A DNA stretch of 63,380 bases, counting the filler, from Nemertoderma westbladi (lineage: Eukaryota > Animalia > Xenacoelomorpha): NCBI GenBank assembly GCA_032718475.1. It is 4 parts of 4 records of this genome, joined end to end, with 100 filler letters (N's around TTAATTAATTAA, not from the genome) between each part and the next. Parts side by side here need not be neighbours in the genome. Positions count along the whole stretch, not along the records: positions 19,397 to 41,261 come from JAUCBJ010004209.1; positions 41,362 to 60,707 come from JAUCBJ010006801.1; 2 more parts are not named here. One strand, given 5' to 3'. Below, one piece after another: positions 34,304 to 47,100 of the stretch. The position numbers were made by a program, and so were the translations under genes. Numbering within the stretch: position 1 is the first letter of the stretch; every line of letters begins with the position of its first letter. The notes beneath the pieces were generated by a model. It was not told the origin of the DNA, did not search any database, and worked only from the letters and a program-made list of their open reading frames with translations.

Positions 34304-36206
34304 AATATCCAGATAGTGTAAAGAGTATTATTATAGTTCAGAATAAACTTACAGGTTTTTCAGTTGTTATTTATTTATCCAGTCAGGTCACTACTACTGA
34401 CTGAAGTCAGTATGTATATTGTATATCCTTATATCGGTACTCTCCTACACGTAGGCCACCACAGTCTATTGTCCCTCAATGGTTACTCTAAGCACTTACT
34501 GTCCATGGCTACTGATAGGATAACAGTTAAATGTATGACAGGTTCTAAACCGACTTTCCCCACTGTTCCTAAACGTCCGGTCTATCTTGTACTACCGTTC
34601 ATTGGTTCATACTCAATCCTGCTTAAAAAACGACTCCAGTTACTTAGCAAAGCGTTTCCCCAATGTAATTTTAAGATTATTTTTCGCCCTACACGTAGGT
34701 TAGGAGTTCACTTTCCATTTGAGGATAGACTTCCCCTCCCTACTGCAATCAAACCTTTATTTTACCGACGTTACGTAGATGACTCTTTTATTTTATTCCG
34801 TGATCGGCAACAGGCTTATGACTTTATGAAATACCTAAATAAACAGCACAGAAATATAGAGTTTACAGCTGAATTCGAATCTAATGGCTCCCTACAATTC
34901 TTAGATGTTCTCATTACAAAAAACACAGATAATAAATACATTACATCTGTTTACCGTAAACCAACTTTTACAGGCCTGTATACACCATTTGATAGCTTTA
35001 TTCCAGATCAATTCAAAATTGCTCTAATTTCAACACTTGTTTATCAAATCCTTATGATTTGTTCTACTTGGTGCCAATTTCATAAGGAAATTAATATCCT
35101 CCATGGTCTATTGTCCCTCAATGGTTACCCTAAGCACTTACTGTCCATGGCTACTGATAGGATAACAGTTAAATGTATGACAGGTTCTAAACCGACTTTC
35201 CCCACTGTTCCTAAACGTCCGGTCTATCTTGTACTACCGTTCATTGGTTCATACTCAATCCTGCTTAAAAATCGACTACAGTTACTTAGCAAAGCGTTTC
35301 CCCAATGTAATTTTAAGATTATTTTTCGCCCTACACGTAGGTTAGGAGTTCACTTTCCATTTAAGGATAGACTTCCCCTGTGTCTCAGACCTCTTGCTAT
35401 ATATAAATTTACGTGCAGTAGATGCAATGCTACATACATCGGTAAAACCGAGCGTCACTACAAAGCAAGGATCAGCGAACACTTGGGAGTTTCCCCTCGA
35501 ACAGGAAAAGCTTCAGCCTCTCCCAAACACTCCACTGTACGAGAACACGCCCTAGACGAGGATCACACCTTTAATTACAATGACTTCTCAATAATAGGTA
35601 GAGCTGATACTAATTACGACCTATTAATTAAAGAAAGCCTAGTTATCTCCCGCCACAGACCTACTCTAAATATTCAGGGAACCTCATTCCCTTTACTATT
35701 GTTCTAAAAACTACACACACTACATAGACCGTATCTACAGTACTATACAGTATGTATTAATTAATATTGGTGTTGTACTCATTATCAATTTAGTTGTCTG
35801 ATTTCATGATTTTACCGTGCACTATTTTACTTAATTCAGTATTATGTATGCAAGTAGTTAGGCTCCTATATCTTGTATTGTAATGTTTTCACATATTTTG
35901 CAGTAATATTAATAATTTAGAATGTAATTTAAACTTTATGTATCTTACTGTAGTATTGGCTGATGATGGTTTAATGTAATAAATCGAAACGTTCCGCTTA
36001 ATTAATTATGGCATTATTTTCATTCGCGCTAATTATTATAATTTTACTACCCTATTAATTATCTCATCTTTTCTAGTTCGAGGGTTCGAGTCCCACAAGG
36101 GAACATTTAATTCTTTTATGATATTTCTAATGGTTTATTGAATTCAAGGGCACACACATTGAGGAAGGGAATTACAGTTAGGTGTAATTAAATTGAATTT
36201 GCTTAT

Positions 36207-36840
36207 TAGGCGAGTCAATCTAGCCGAAAAAGGGGGTCAGGTCAACCCATAACAAATTCACAATTCATCCAAACCAAATTTTTTTATTCTACATTACCTT
36301 ATCACCAGCGGAGAGGAATATCTTAACGGCCCTTCGTAAAGAACATGTGCAACCTAATATTAATGATAATGTTGTTGAGGACAGAGAGCATGTTGCTAGT
36401 GAAAATGAAAATGGATGCATGCGCGCAGTGGCCACAATTCGGCTTTATTTTGCATTGCACATTATTGTGATACTCTTGAACCTAGACTTGGAACTGGTCG
36501 ATGGGAATGCCTCATTATACCATATATACACTGGCCAAGTAGGTCAGCATATAAGAAGCGCGATATTGCAGTTATTGTTCTGGAGAGCTGCTGGGGACAT
36601 TATTCAGCCACCACTAGAACCAACAAACTTTGGTTGGATATTGTCGGCCGATAACAAACTTAAACCAGATCCAGGTGTACCAGCAATGGCTCCAGAGCCT
36701 ATATTACAAATAGCATCCTTTAGATGCAATTCCCACAGACCTTATGTTCTACTGCAAAATGTAGTTGCCAGGCTCTAAAGGTGCCTTGTAATTTGTATTG
36801 CAAGTGTGAGAATGTATGATGTTGCAAAGTGCGAATGAAT
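36207..36840 (+). pseudogene. Academ-like transposon remnant (C-terminal Cys-rich segment)
   Basis: HIRSAILQLLFWRAA...PTNFGW....KLKP...APEPIL...C followed by further Cys pairs across a frameshift. The terminus-like TAGGCGAGTCAATCTAGC at 36207 is shared with 26582. Confidence 0.5.
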
Positions 36841-36879
36841 GCAGTGTTATTTTTTGTAAATTAATAATTATATCATCAA

Positions 36880-37030
36880 AAATAAATAATCTAAATAATA
36901 ATATACTAATAATACTAATAATAATAATACTAATACTAATAATATATTAATAATAATATATTAATAATAATAATAATACAATATTAATACTAATAATACT
37001 AATATATATACTAATAAATATACTAATTAC
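36880..37030. repeat. (AAT)/(AATACT) low-complexity microsatellite
   Basis: Directly visible. Confidence 0.85.
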
Positions 37031-39431
37031 TTACTGTAAATGCCATTATGTCACCGAATTCAGGAAACATGCATAAACGGTCCAGTTATTAAACCTAACA
37101 TCACCCTACATAAACATCATAAACCCGTTTCGGTGAACACTGCTACATCAGGAAATAAATCTGTGCAGAAACTCATCATGTTGTAGTAAAAAGTTGTAGT
37201 AGTAGTAGCAACGCCATTACATCCATATGTTGGCTACGAATTTACATTCAAACTCACTTCCGCGGCTTATTGAGGATACATATCTAGAGTGTATTAGCGA
37301 GCAGATATGGCATCAGGTATTACCGAGGACAGAGAGGTATGTCGGTGCATTAATTAGCCTCAATGATGTGCTCAAAAATGTGCACTCAGCGCTATGTATA
37401 TATTATTTACAAAATTTGTAACCCATTATTGCAAATATAATGCTTATTCCTTATATTTCTATATTTTCTAGCTTAGTTTTTCGTTATTTATATTGCACAG
37501 TGTCTCCATAGGTCAATTAAATACATCTTCGTGTTAATTTAACCTTGTTGCTATGCAAAACATCTGTCGTTAGTTAAATATTATTCTAGAAAAAAATGCT
37601 CAATGCTGACTATGTTAAATATGACATAATTTCAATTGTCTTATATAAGTGAACACTTTCAGGAAAAAAATTGCAGTCATACCCAATTTGAACGGTTGTC
37701 ACCACTGTCTACTTGACTATAAAATGCATTCTGAAAAACTATATTTATAGCTTTCATAGTATAGAACTTGAATTCACGTTCTGTGTGACATTCAATAATT
37801 TCAAGTCCTATTTGTCAGTAGTTCTAATGAAACATTGCGGCGCATTACAGCTGATGTGGGTGGACTTAGATGTGTAATCACAGAGATATCTAATTTTACG
37901 AACGATTCCCCAATGACCAGGTGGAAGTCGTAGGTCATTGAGAGATAGAGTAGATTCCTACCCAATACTCGGGCACTAACATATGGTCTATTAGTTGTTT
38001 TGATGATGTTACATTCTCGATCTTAACATTAATTGTGTGTGCTATTGCTTAAACATGAAACTGTAGCGGTAGTATGTACTGCTTTGGTCTATAATATTTT
38101 TTAGATGTGGAAGGGTTTCTATTTGAAACGGCACTCCTCCAACAATAACATTATAGAGTTGCCTAAGCAACCACAACAACACTCACCTGTACGTAATTTT
38201 ATGATCATTTGGAAAGTATCACTTTTAGTACTAACAGAGCCTTAATGGAGAACTCACTAACGGAGGCCTAAATACTCATTCGTGTCGCCCATTATGAGTT
38301 ATCCGTTAAGTGCACTTCCGTTAAACCTCCATTAACTTTAAAATTAAGGGAGCTTTGTGTCACCCGCCCCAGGTTACATTGATAGGGTGCTGTTATCCTA
38401 GTGGACAGAATATAAAGACTTATTTGAGTCTCATAAATTAGCCTACATTATAAAGTAGTCTACAGTTCAGAGGACAGATTTAATTTAAGCAGAGATACGG
38501 GTCACAAAAATTAACACCTTATAGGGGGTTGTTATAATTGATATAAATAATTAATTATTGGCGAATTCCTCTCTTTAGATAACTTACTTTCTCTTTTTTA
38601 TTCCTCTTTTAAATTACAATTCGCTAAAGAATGTATTGCCTTAGGTTGTCATCCATGCTTTCATTTAAAATATTATTTTTTTAAATAATATATTGCTTAA
38701 CTACAATTAAAATGCTTTGTTTTGGACCTACCAAAAATATATCGCAGAGTACACCCCTGGGGCGGGCGACACGAAGCTCCGTTAATTTTAAATAAAGTTA
38801 ACAGAGGTTTAACGGAAGTGCACTTAACGGAGGACTTATAATGGGCGACACGAACGAGTGTTTAGGCCTCCGTTAGTGAGCTTTCCGTTAAGGCTCCGTT
38901 AATGCTAAAAATGATATTACTGAAATGGACATAAAGGCCTGTTTACATGGGGCAACTTTTAGAGCAACTATCTCAGCAACTAGCAACTTTTTTTGGAGCA
39001 ACTTAATTTAATCGCTGTTTACACATGGCAACTTTACCAGCAACTTGGCTGGCAACTTTTAGAGCAACTTGGCTAGTTTGACTGTAAAATAGTGGGTCAT
39101 TTTATCTACTAGCTAGTTTTTGATAATTTAATTTAATTATTCGTCAACGCAAATTCCTTCAAGTTGCCGTAAAAGTTGAACAACTTCTACGACAACTATT
39201 TTATGTGTTTACTTGCGACTTGATAGGCAACCTGGGTTGCTCTACAAGTTACAGAGAAAGTTGCTGTAAAAGTTGCTCTAAAATATACGCCTACACATGA
39301 ATAAAATTATTGTTAGCATGCTTTGAAGGAACAATAATACTAATTAAAAATTTATTCATATTTTTACAAAATTTTTAAAATTTACATGAAATTTCCACCC
39401 TAATCCCACTTTAATCTAAACCCTCAAGTAA

Positions 39432-39548
39432 GGCCCCCCTCACACGGAGCAACTTGTTTCTTGAAACTTGTTGCTGGACTCCTCACACAGAAACAAGTTT
39501 CGGAAACAAGTTGCAGCAACAAGTTTCAGAAACCAGTTGCTCCGTGTG

Positions 39549-39578
<30 letters not shown>
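39432..39578. mobile_element. Palindromic Harbinger-type MITE
   Basis: CCCCCCTCACACGGAGCAAC / GTTGCTCCGTGTGAGGGGGG inverted ends with TAA/TTA flanks. A related GCAACT-rich foldback unit lies at ~38936-39300. Confidence 0.65.
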
Positions 39579-39579
<1 letters not shown>

Positions 39580-39624
39580 TTAGTTAGAAAGTTCCGGCTG
39601 CATGGCTTATAGTTACACATTTTT

Positions 39625-40233
39625 ATGATGGCAAAACGAACGAGAAAGGAAGCTTTCTCGCAGGAGGAAATGACAGCATTAGTTACGGGTTTTGCAAGCA
39701 ATAATGAGGTTATAACGAGCAAGCACTCAAGCGATGTTTCTCAGAAAAAAAGGTAAGAGCTTACATTATATTAGAAAAGTAAATGCCGTAGGTGGAAAAA
39801 ACCGTACATGGAAAACCATACATCCGTGGTGAAGAAGAAGGCCACAGATTTCATTAGGGGTGAAAAAAAGGTGATAAGGAGAACCGGGGGAGGGGAGGAA
39901 GAAATAGGAACCCTTGAAGGTATCCTTAGTGACATCGAGTTGATAGTGTATCGACAATTGCCGCCTGAAACGGTGATGGGTATTCCAGGGGGCGTCGAGA
40001 CGGGGTCACCGCAAAATGTTGTGGTTGATGATGGGAGTGACACAGGTGAGGAGATTACTACTGGTAGTTTGTGTGTGGTGGAGCAAGGTCCGTCCAACAT
40101 CCAACAGACAAGCCTGGACGTCTTGATTAATAAATCTGAAAGATTAAATGACCGTCCTCGGTGGATATCCACTAAAAAACGTATGATGCTGCATGATTAC
40201 TACCAAAAGATGTTGGAGATAAGAAGGAAATAA
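39625..40233 (+). pseudogene. Myb/SANT-like DNA-binding protein of Harbinger (disrupted)
   Basis: Manual translation gives MMAKRTRKEAFSQEEMTALV...; KVNAVGGKNRTW; then ...RRTGGG, the typical Myb_DNA-bind_5-like layout. Confidence 0.7.
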
Positions 40234-40793
40234 GTTGGAGATTATGGATAAGGAGTTTTAATTGCGCTAAATATATTTCGATGAGAAAACATTGTACTAC
40301 CGGGCACTAAACCATCAACAACATTCTATATCACCTCAGCATCACTTTAGCCAATGGCCATATTTTCAACAATTTTGTCAAACATCCCAGCCAGAAGTTC
40401 AACCACCCCAACAATAACTTCATCAAACATACCAGCCTCAAGTTCAGCCACTACAACCACAACTTCATCAAATATACCAGCCTCAAGTTCAGCCACCCCA
40501 TCAACATGATTATCAACCCTCACAACAGCCGATTCAATATCAACATGACAATGTAGATGTCGACTATTCATCTGTAAATAAAATGCAATCTCTTTAAAGC
40601 ATACGGCAATAACTCTATTAATTTTTCAAAACAACATTTAATTTAAACATTTAATTAATAGTAAATAACACATTATATACTGTATATTCAGTATATAAAC
40701 TTACTGTAGGCACCTCGAACCTTTAAATAATCATACATATTATTTACAAATTATAAATGGTACTCATGTAGTATTAAATATATATGCGAATTA

Positions 40794-41261
40794 TTAATGT
40801 GCAAATACATTGGCAACTAAATTATTTCGAGTTTGAACACCTTGACCCAAAACTGGACCATGTTGGTAAATCTGATCATTGCTTTCAACTTCAATGACAG
40901 ATGTCCTAACTTCTGGGTCTTCAGTGCTGTGTTTCTGGGTCCAATTATGGAGACAAGCGCAAGCCATTACTATCTTTGATGCCCTCTCTGGTGCAAAGTT
41001 GATTCCTCTTTCTAGCACACGAAACCGCATTTTCAGTGCACCATTACACCTTTCGATAGACGACCTGGCCCGTTTATAGGCCAAATTGTAACGTTCTTCG
41101 GGTCTGCCATTCGGATAGTCGAAAGGTGTAAGAAGCCAACTTGAATGGGGATAGGCTAAGTCACCTAACAACCAACCACCCCCAAAATCGAGCTGTCGAT
41201 CCCAGCTCTGGGATTGACGTAGCATGAAGGCATCATATCATGTGTAGATCCAGGCCATGTC
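40794..41261 (-). pseudogene. HARBI1-like DDE transposase C-terminal half
   Basis: WPGSTHD (frameshifted), LLGDLAYP..WLLTPF, YN..KRARSSIERCNGALKMRFRVL and ACACLHN. Confidence 0.9.
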
Positions 41262-41361
41262 NNNNNNNNNNNNNNNNNNNNNNNNNNNNNNNNNNNNNNN
41301 NNNNNTTAATTAATTAANNNNNNNNNNNNNNNNNNNNNNNNNNNNNNNNNNNNNNNNNNNN
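41262..41361. other. Assembly gap linker
   Basis: N44-TTAATTAATTAA-N44. Confidence 0.97.
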
Positions 41362-42062
41362 CGTTCCAGGATTTGGAAGTTACCGAGAATTAATCGGAAA
41401 CTTAAGGTCCGATTATTTAGAGCAGCAGTAGTTCCAGTACTCCTCTATGGGAGTCCATGCTGGGCTCTAACTGCTGAGGACACCAAATCTCTGGATGGCA
41501 CATTCACAAGAATGCTACGCCGGGTTCATTGTGTCAAGTACAATGCACACATCTCTAACCGGACACTATATAATATTGGAGGTGTCTCATTGGTTCCCCC
41601 AAGCTTGACACTAGAACAAAATCGCCTCCGCTTTGCAGGACATTGCTTTCGCCGTGAGGACCAGCCAGTGCATAATCTTGTACTTTGGCAGCCTCATGGA
41701 GTGAATAAGCATGGTGGACAGCCCATGGCTTTCTTGAGACACATCTTAAAGGACACTGGCCTTGAAGATGCGGATGATCTAGCAAATGTCATGGGTGATA
41801 GGGAGTTGTGGCGGTGCAATTTTGTCGATAAGCCGGCACAGCATTCTTAAAAATGCAGCTGCAATGCAGCATGCCGATCCTAGTAGTAGTAGTAGTAGTA
41901 GTGGGAACTGAAAGTCAAGGTATCCGGTACTGTCAACATGAGGGTTCAACAGAAGGCACTTTATGGACCGAACTGAACCGGAGTTGTGGCGGTGCAATTT
42001 AGTCGACAAGCAGGATTCTTAAAAATGCAGCTGCAATGCAGCATGCCGATCCTAGTAGTAGT
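41362..42062 (+). mobile_element. RTE LINE 3' end with (TAG)n tail, plus a short duplicated terminus at ~41980-42062
   Basis: Near-identical to 16588-17110. Confidence 0.9.
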
Positions 42063-42647
42063 AACACTCAACCAATAATATACAGTAAACACAATGGCTC
42101 TACAGTAATATGTGGTAGATTGCGCAGTCATGTGACTTTAATTTGGCTCCAACGGCAAGGCTCCCTGTTTGTAAGCTTGTCCTTTATAGCTGACAAACTG
42201 GGGTGTTAATTGTTTCCCATTTTTGGCTAATAACTGTTTAAGGTGAAATATTGGTTTTGTGAATTACTTCTCAGGGATCGCTCCCGTAACAATTCCACAA
42301 TATTCTTCATACAGTATTTTTTGTTTTTTATGAAATATAAGAAATGTGTGTAATATATGTGTAACATGTGAAACATTTTTTGGAATTCTGGGATAATTGC
42401 AAACTAAACCAGTATATGTATTTCGTCAATTTATATATTAAATATAAATTGAAATGTTTAATAATAATTTATAAATTAATTATTAAATATTAAATAATAT
42501 TAATAACTCCACAAATGTTTTCGTTTTAATTTATTTACTCTTTCTACCAAATGTTACTACAAAACTATTGATCAGATTCGCTCAAAAACTATTTTTTGTA
42601 ACTAACTCAACTTTTCCGGCTCGAATGAGCCTATTTTGAACTCTCTG

Positions 42648-43840
42648 ACGGCATCCATCCCCACCTAGTTCGGGGGGGGGGGGGGGGGGGGGTTAGGTGG
42701 TGTAACCCCTGGCTTACAACGGCGTCCATCCCCACCTAGTTCTGGAGTTAGGTGGTGTAACCCCTGGCTTACAACGGCGTCCATCCCCACCTAGTTCTGG
42801 AGTTTGGTGGTGTATCCCCTGGCTTACAACGGCGTCCATCCCCACCTAGTTCTGGAGTTAGGTGGTGTATCCCCTGACTTACAACGGCGTCCATCCCCAC
42901 CTAGTTCTGGAGTTAGGTGGTGTAACCCCTGGCTTACAACGGCGTCCATCCCCACCTAGTTCTGGAGTTAGGTGGTGTAACCCCTGACTTACAACGGCGT
43001 CCATGCCCACCTAGTTCTGGAGTTAGGTGGTGTAACCCCTGGCTTACAACGGCGTCCATCCCCACCTAGTTCTGGAGTTTGGTGGTGTATCCCCTGACTT
43101 ACAACGGCGTCCATCCCCACCTAGTTCTGGAGTTAGGTGGTGTAACCCCTGGCTTACAACGGCGTCCATCCCCACCTAGTTCTGGAGTTAGGTGGTGTAT
43201 CCCCTGACTTACAACGGCGTCCATCCCCACCTAGTTCTGGAGTTAGGTGGTGTATCCCCTGGCTTACAACGGCGTCCATCCCCACCTAGTTCTGGAGTTA
43301 GGTGGTGTAACCCCTGGCTTACAACGGCGTCCATCCCCACCTAGTTCTGGAGTTAGGTGGTGTATCCCCTGGCTTACAACGGCGTCCATCCCCACCTAGT
43401 TCTGGAGTTAGGTGGTGTATCCCCTGGCTTACAACGGCGTCCATCCCCACCTAGTTCTGGAGTTAGGTGGTGTAACCCCTGGCTTACAACGGCGTCCATC
43501 CCCACCTAGTTCTGGAGTTAGGTGGTTTAACCCCTGGCTTACAACGGCGTCCATCCCCACCTAGTTCTGGAGTTAGGTGGTGTAACCCCTGGCTTACAAC
43601 GGCGTCCATCCCCACCTAGTTCTGGAATTAGGTGGTGTAACCCCTGGCTTACAACGGCGTCCATCCCCACCTAGTTCTGGAGTTAGGTGGTGTAACCCCT
43701 GGCATACAATGGCGTCCATCCCCACCTAGTTCTGGAGTTAGGTGGTGTAACCCCTGGCCTACAACGGCGTCCATCCCCACCTAGTTCTGGAGTTAGGTGG
43801 TGTAGCCCCTGGCATACAATGGCGTCCATCCCCACCTAGA
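42648..43840. repeat. 55-bp tandem array, ~21.5 near-identical units
   Basis: Unit ACAACGGCGTCCATCCCCACCTAGTTCTGGAGTTAGGTGGTGTAACCCCTGGCTT. Period measured from 42711 to 42766. Confidence 0.97.
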
Positions 43841-44160
43841 TTGGGGGAGTTAAAATTCACGAATCTTCAGAGCCAGTGAGGCCAAGCACAAATTATCCTC
43901 AAAATTTTCATTTTGCCACACCTTTTACATGTCTATACAAGTTTTTACAACTACCCACACCTTAAATACTAAATTTCATTTTTTCAATCCACCATAGGGT
44001 TATGTATGGGGAGGGGGTACAGTATTATACTTACTTACAATTACATATGGGAGATACAACCATATATTATTTGCCACCAAAAATCACATGGCACATATGT
44101 TAAAAATATCTTATAACAATGAAAATTACAACTGGGATCTATATCTCTCCCATAATCAAA

Positions 44161-47100
44161 TCAAATAAATTCCATCCACGTTGCAACCCCTTTATTTCCC
44201 GCTTCTTCATATTGAGGCTGAAAGTTAACGGGATGCCTTTCACTGTCCATCTTTATGTCCTCATTATAAAGTTTGGTCTTTTTGAAATGAACATATATGT
44301 TGTAACAAGAACACAATAATTCATCCTCATCATTTATCGGAATTATAACTCCATACTGTTCTGGATGGTACTCATTATAATGATGATAAAATATACCATT
44401 ATATGTTTTTGTAACATCCAACGAGGTATTAGCAACTTCACCACTGCCTTTATTGACCAACTGCGCAGCCCTACAATTAAAGTCCCCTGACACTGTAACT
44501 ATTGAGGCTTCGTTTCTTCCATTTTGATTGATGAACTTAAATTTAACAGGTGTATTCTCCGATATCATTCGACGCCCATTAATATGGATAGTACGACGTG
44601 AAGTATACATAGAAAAACATTCACAAAGTTCAACCCCATCTACTTTCGGTACAGTAAACCAAAAATCATCACTGCCTGAAAATTGCACTCGCCCGGTGTA
44701 TGTTTTACCTTCCTTTAGGATGTCATCATTCATAGTCCCTTGAGCGTGATTTTCTGCAGCATTATTTTGATACATGTTAATATTTCGAGCTACCTCACAT
44801 GAGGTATCACCAGGTAATGTAACACAGGTGGCACATCTTTTTCCATATCTATTATATTTAAACTGGAATAGAAAATGGGTGCCTTCTTCTATATTCCTCA
44901 TCCAACGATACTTATTAATGTGGATTTTACTTTCTATAAAGGATATAGTGTGGCAGTCACAAAGTTCTATTTTGTTTTCATCTTTTGGAGTTATAAACCC
45001 ATGTCTATTTATTTCAGAATAGAATTTACAAAAACCTTCATAAGTTGTGTCCTCTTCTAGGATAGGTTTATCATAGATTCGACCTGAGCAACATGCATCC
45101 TTTCCTTGAACACTAACCCATGTAGCAGCTATATACGGTATATTTCTATCCAATTTAGGTTTGCACTGAAAAATAACATCATCCCACAACTTCAAACTCA
45201 GCCGGTATCCATTGCTATGGAGATGTGATGTATGATAACGTACAATTGTTTTACTTATTTTTGTAGGTTCTATATACCCAAAATTTTGTCTAACATCTAC
45301 ACACCGACCAGAGTATGTTTCGTTCTCTTTCAAAATGCATCCCACTTCCGATGTAGTTGCTAATTGCTGTACGTTACGGTCAACCTGTGTATGCTTTAGT
45401 CTTGCATTTCCAAGATCTTCCCGAGGAGTTAATAACAAACTGTTGGAAAACTTTTCAGACCATTGATGAATATCATGTCCAGGTTGCATAGTACTGTGGA
45501 TTAAAGGTAGTTGGTGGAATGTTGGACTTTGTTCCACTACCGGTTGCATATGTTGAGTTTGAAGAAATTCCAGTTGCATATGGTCCCTTTGAGATGGTCC
45601 AGGTTGCATAGTACTGTGGATTAAAGGTAGTTGGTGGAATGTTGGACTTTGTTCCACTACCGGTTGCATATGTTGAGTTTGAAGAAATTCCAGTTGCATA
45701 TGGTCCCTTTGAGATGGTCCAGGTTGCATAGTACTGTGGATTAAAGGTAGTTGGTGGAATGTTGGACTTTGTTCCACTACCGGTTGCATATGTTGAGTTT
45801 GAAGAAATTCCAGTTGCATATGGTCCCTTTGAGATGGTCCAGGTTGCATAGTACTGGGGATTAATGGAAGCTGGTGGAATGTTGGACTGTGTTCCACTCC
45901 CGGTTGCATATGTTGAGTTTGAAGAAATTCCAGTTGCATATGGTCCCTTTGAGATGGTCCAGGTTGCATAGTACTGTGGATTAAAGGTAGTTGGTGGAAT
46001 GTTGGACTTTGTTCCACTACCGGTTGCATATGTTGAGTTTGAAGAAATTCCAGTTGCATATGGTCCCTTTGAGATGGTCCAGGTTGCATAGTACTGTGGA
46101 TTAAAGGTAGTTGGTGGAATGTTGGACTTTGTTCCACTACCGGTTGCATATGTTGAGTTTGAAGAAATTCCAGTTGCATATGGTCCCTTTGAGATGGTCC
46201 AGGTTGCATAGTACTGGGGATTAATGGTGGCTGGTGGAATGTTTGACTTTGTACCGCCCCCTGTTGCATATGGTCCCTTTGAGATGGTCCAGGTTGCATA
46301 GTACTGTGGATTAAATGTAGTTGGTGGAATGTTGGACTTTGTTCCACTACCGGTTGCATATGTTGAGTTTGAAGAAATCCCAGTTGCATATGGTCCCTTT
46401 GAGATGGTCCCGGTTGTTTAGTGCCTTGAAATAATGGTGGCTGGTGGAATGTTTGACTTTGTATCGCCCCTGGTTGTATATGTTGAGTTTGAAGCGATCC
46501 CGGTTGCATATAATGGGTTTGGTGCATTTCTGGTGTTTGCATAATGGTCATATTTTCGTTTGGAATGGAGTGGCACTGGGGGGTTTGATGTTCTTCTTGG
46601 AACATATATGGAATGTTTGTGGCTGGTGAAGTGGTATAGGGGGGTCTGCCTGCTGGTCCTTCTGCTTGCATAATGCTCGTGTCTAGCTCATGTTGGACGA
46701 CGGATGATTGACTGTTTACAGGTAAAATAAAATATTTTCCATCAAAACTGTATAGACCAGCCCCTTCCTCTAAAATTTCACTTGTCCATATTTCGATGTA
46801 GTTGTCGAGTTTACTGTCTAGGTCATATAATGTTTGTAAGTGGGTTATCTGCTCACTGGGTAGAAAAGTGTAAAAAAGGTAACAATTAATATGTTCCTGT
46901 AATGTATCAATTTGATTTTTTAACATCATCTCCATTGTGTTATGTAATTTATTCAGTTTTGCCTCCCTAGTCATGTCGGCGATCCACAGTGAATTGATAT
47001 GTTCTACAATACACGTTAGCAAGGTTGTATAATTTTTGTTGAACAGTGTTAATTTATATTCGATCTCTTGTAATTTAGATATACAATTATTCATATCTAA

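Larger units (their letters stand above)
30009..34463 (-). mobile_element. Ty3/Gypsy LTR retrotransposon (short LTRs; CsRN1/Kabuki-like), pol disrupted
   Basis: 4-bp TSD GTCT (30005-30008 and 34464-34467). 170-bp 3' LTR 30009-30178; the 5' LTR retains only 34388-34463. Domain order gag, PR (LIDTGA), RT (YDD), RNase H, integrase (H..AHPG; IVSDKGSQF; GMVER). Confidence 0.95.
27371..36050 (+). mobile_element. Penelope-like retroelement (RT plus GIY-YIG) with pseudo-LTR arrangement, interrupted by Gypsy
   Basis: Upstream partial 3' copy 27371-28120 is nearly identical to ~35300-36050. The ORF runs from 28079 in broken frames: GLPKVHK..PTRPILS, ASFDVKNLFTNVP, MGSPLGP, YRRYVDD, YKFTC..C..YIGKT.R...R..EH, and ends at 35707. 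Confidence 0.92.
38759..41261. mobile_element. PIF/Harbinger transposon (convergent Myb/SANT and DDE nuclease genes), cut by a gap, with nested MITEs
   Basis: TIR-like GGGGCGGGCGACACGAAGCT at 38759, also present inverted at ~38350-38370 and ~22672-22691. Myb/SANT remnant on plus strand and HARBI1-like remnant on minus strand. Confidence 0.7.

Noticed and set aside
34364-35707. 447-aa ORF as a stand-alone gene
   Set aside because: It is a chimera of antisense Gypsy LTR read into the duplicated Penelope 3' half.
42648-43840. CRISPR-like palindromic repeat array
   Set aside because: Units are head-to-tail with no unique spacers, there are no cas genes, and the context is eukaryotic.
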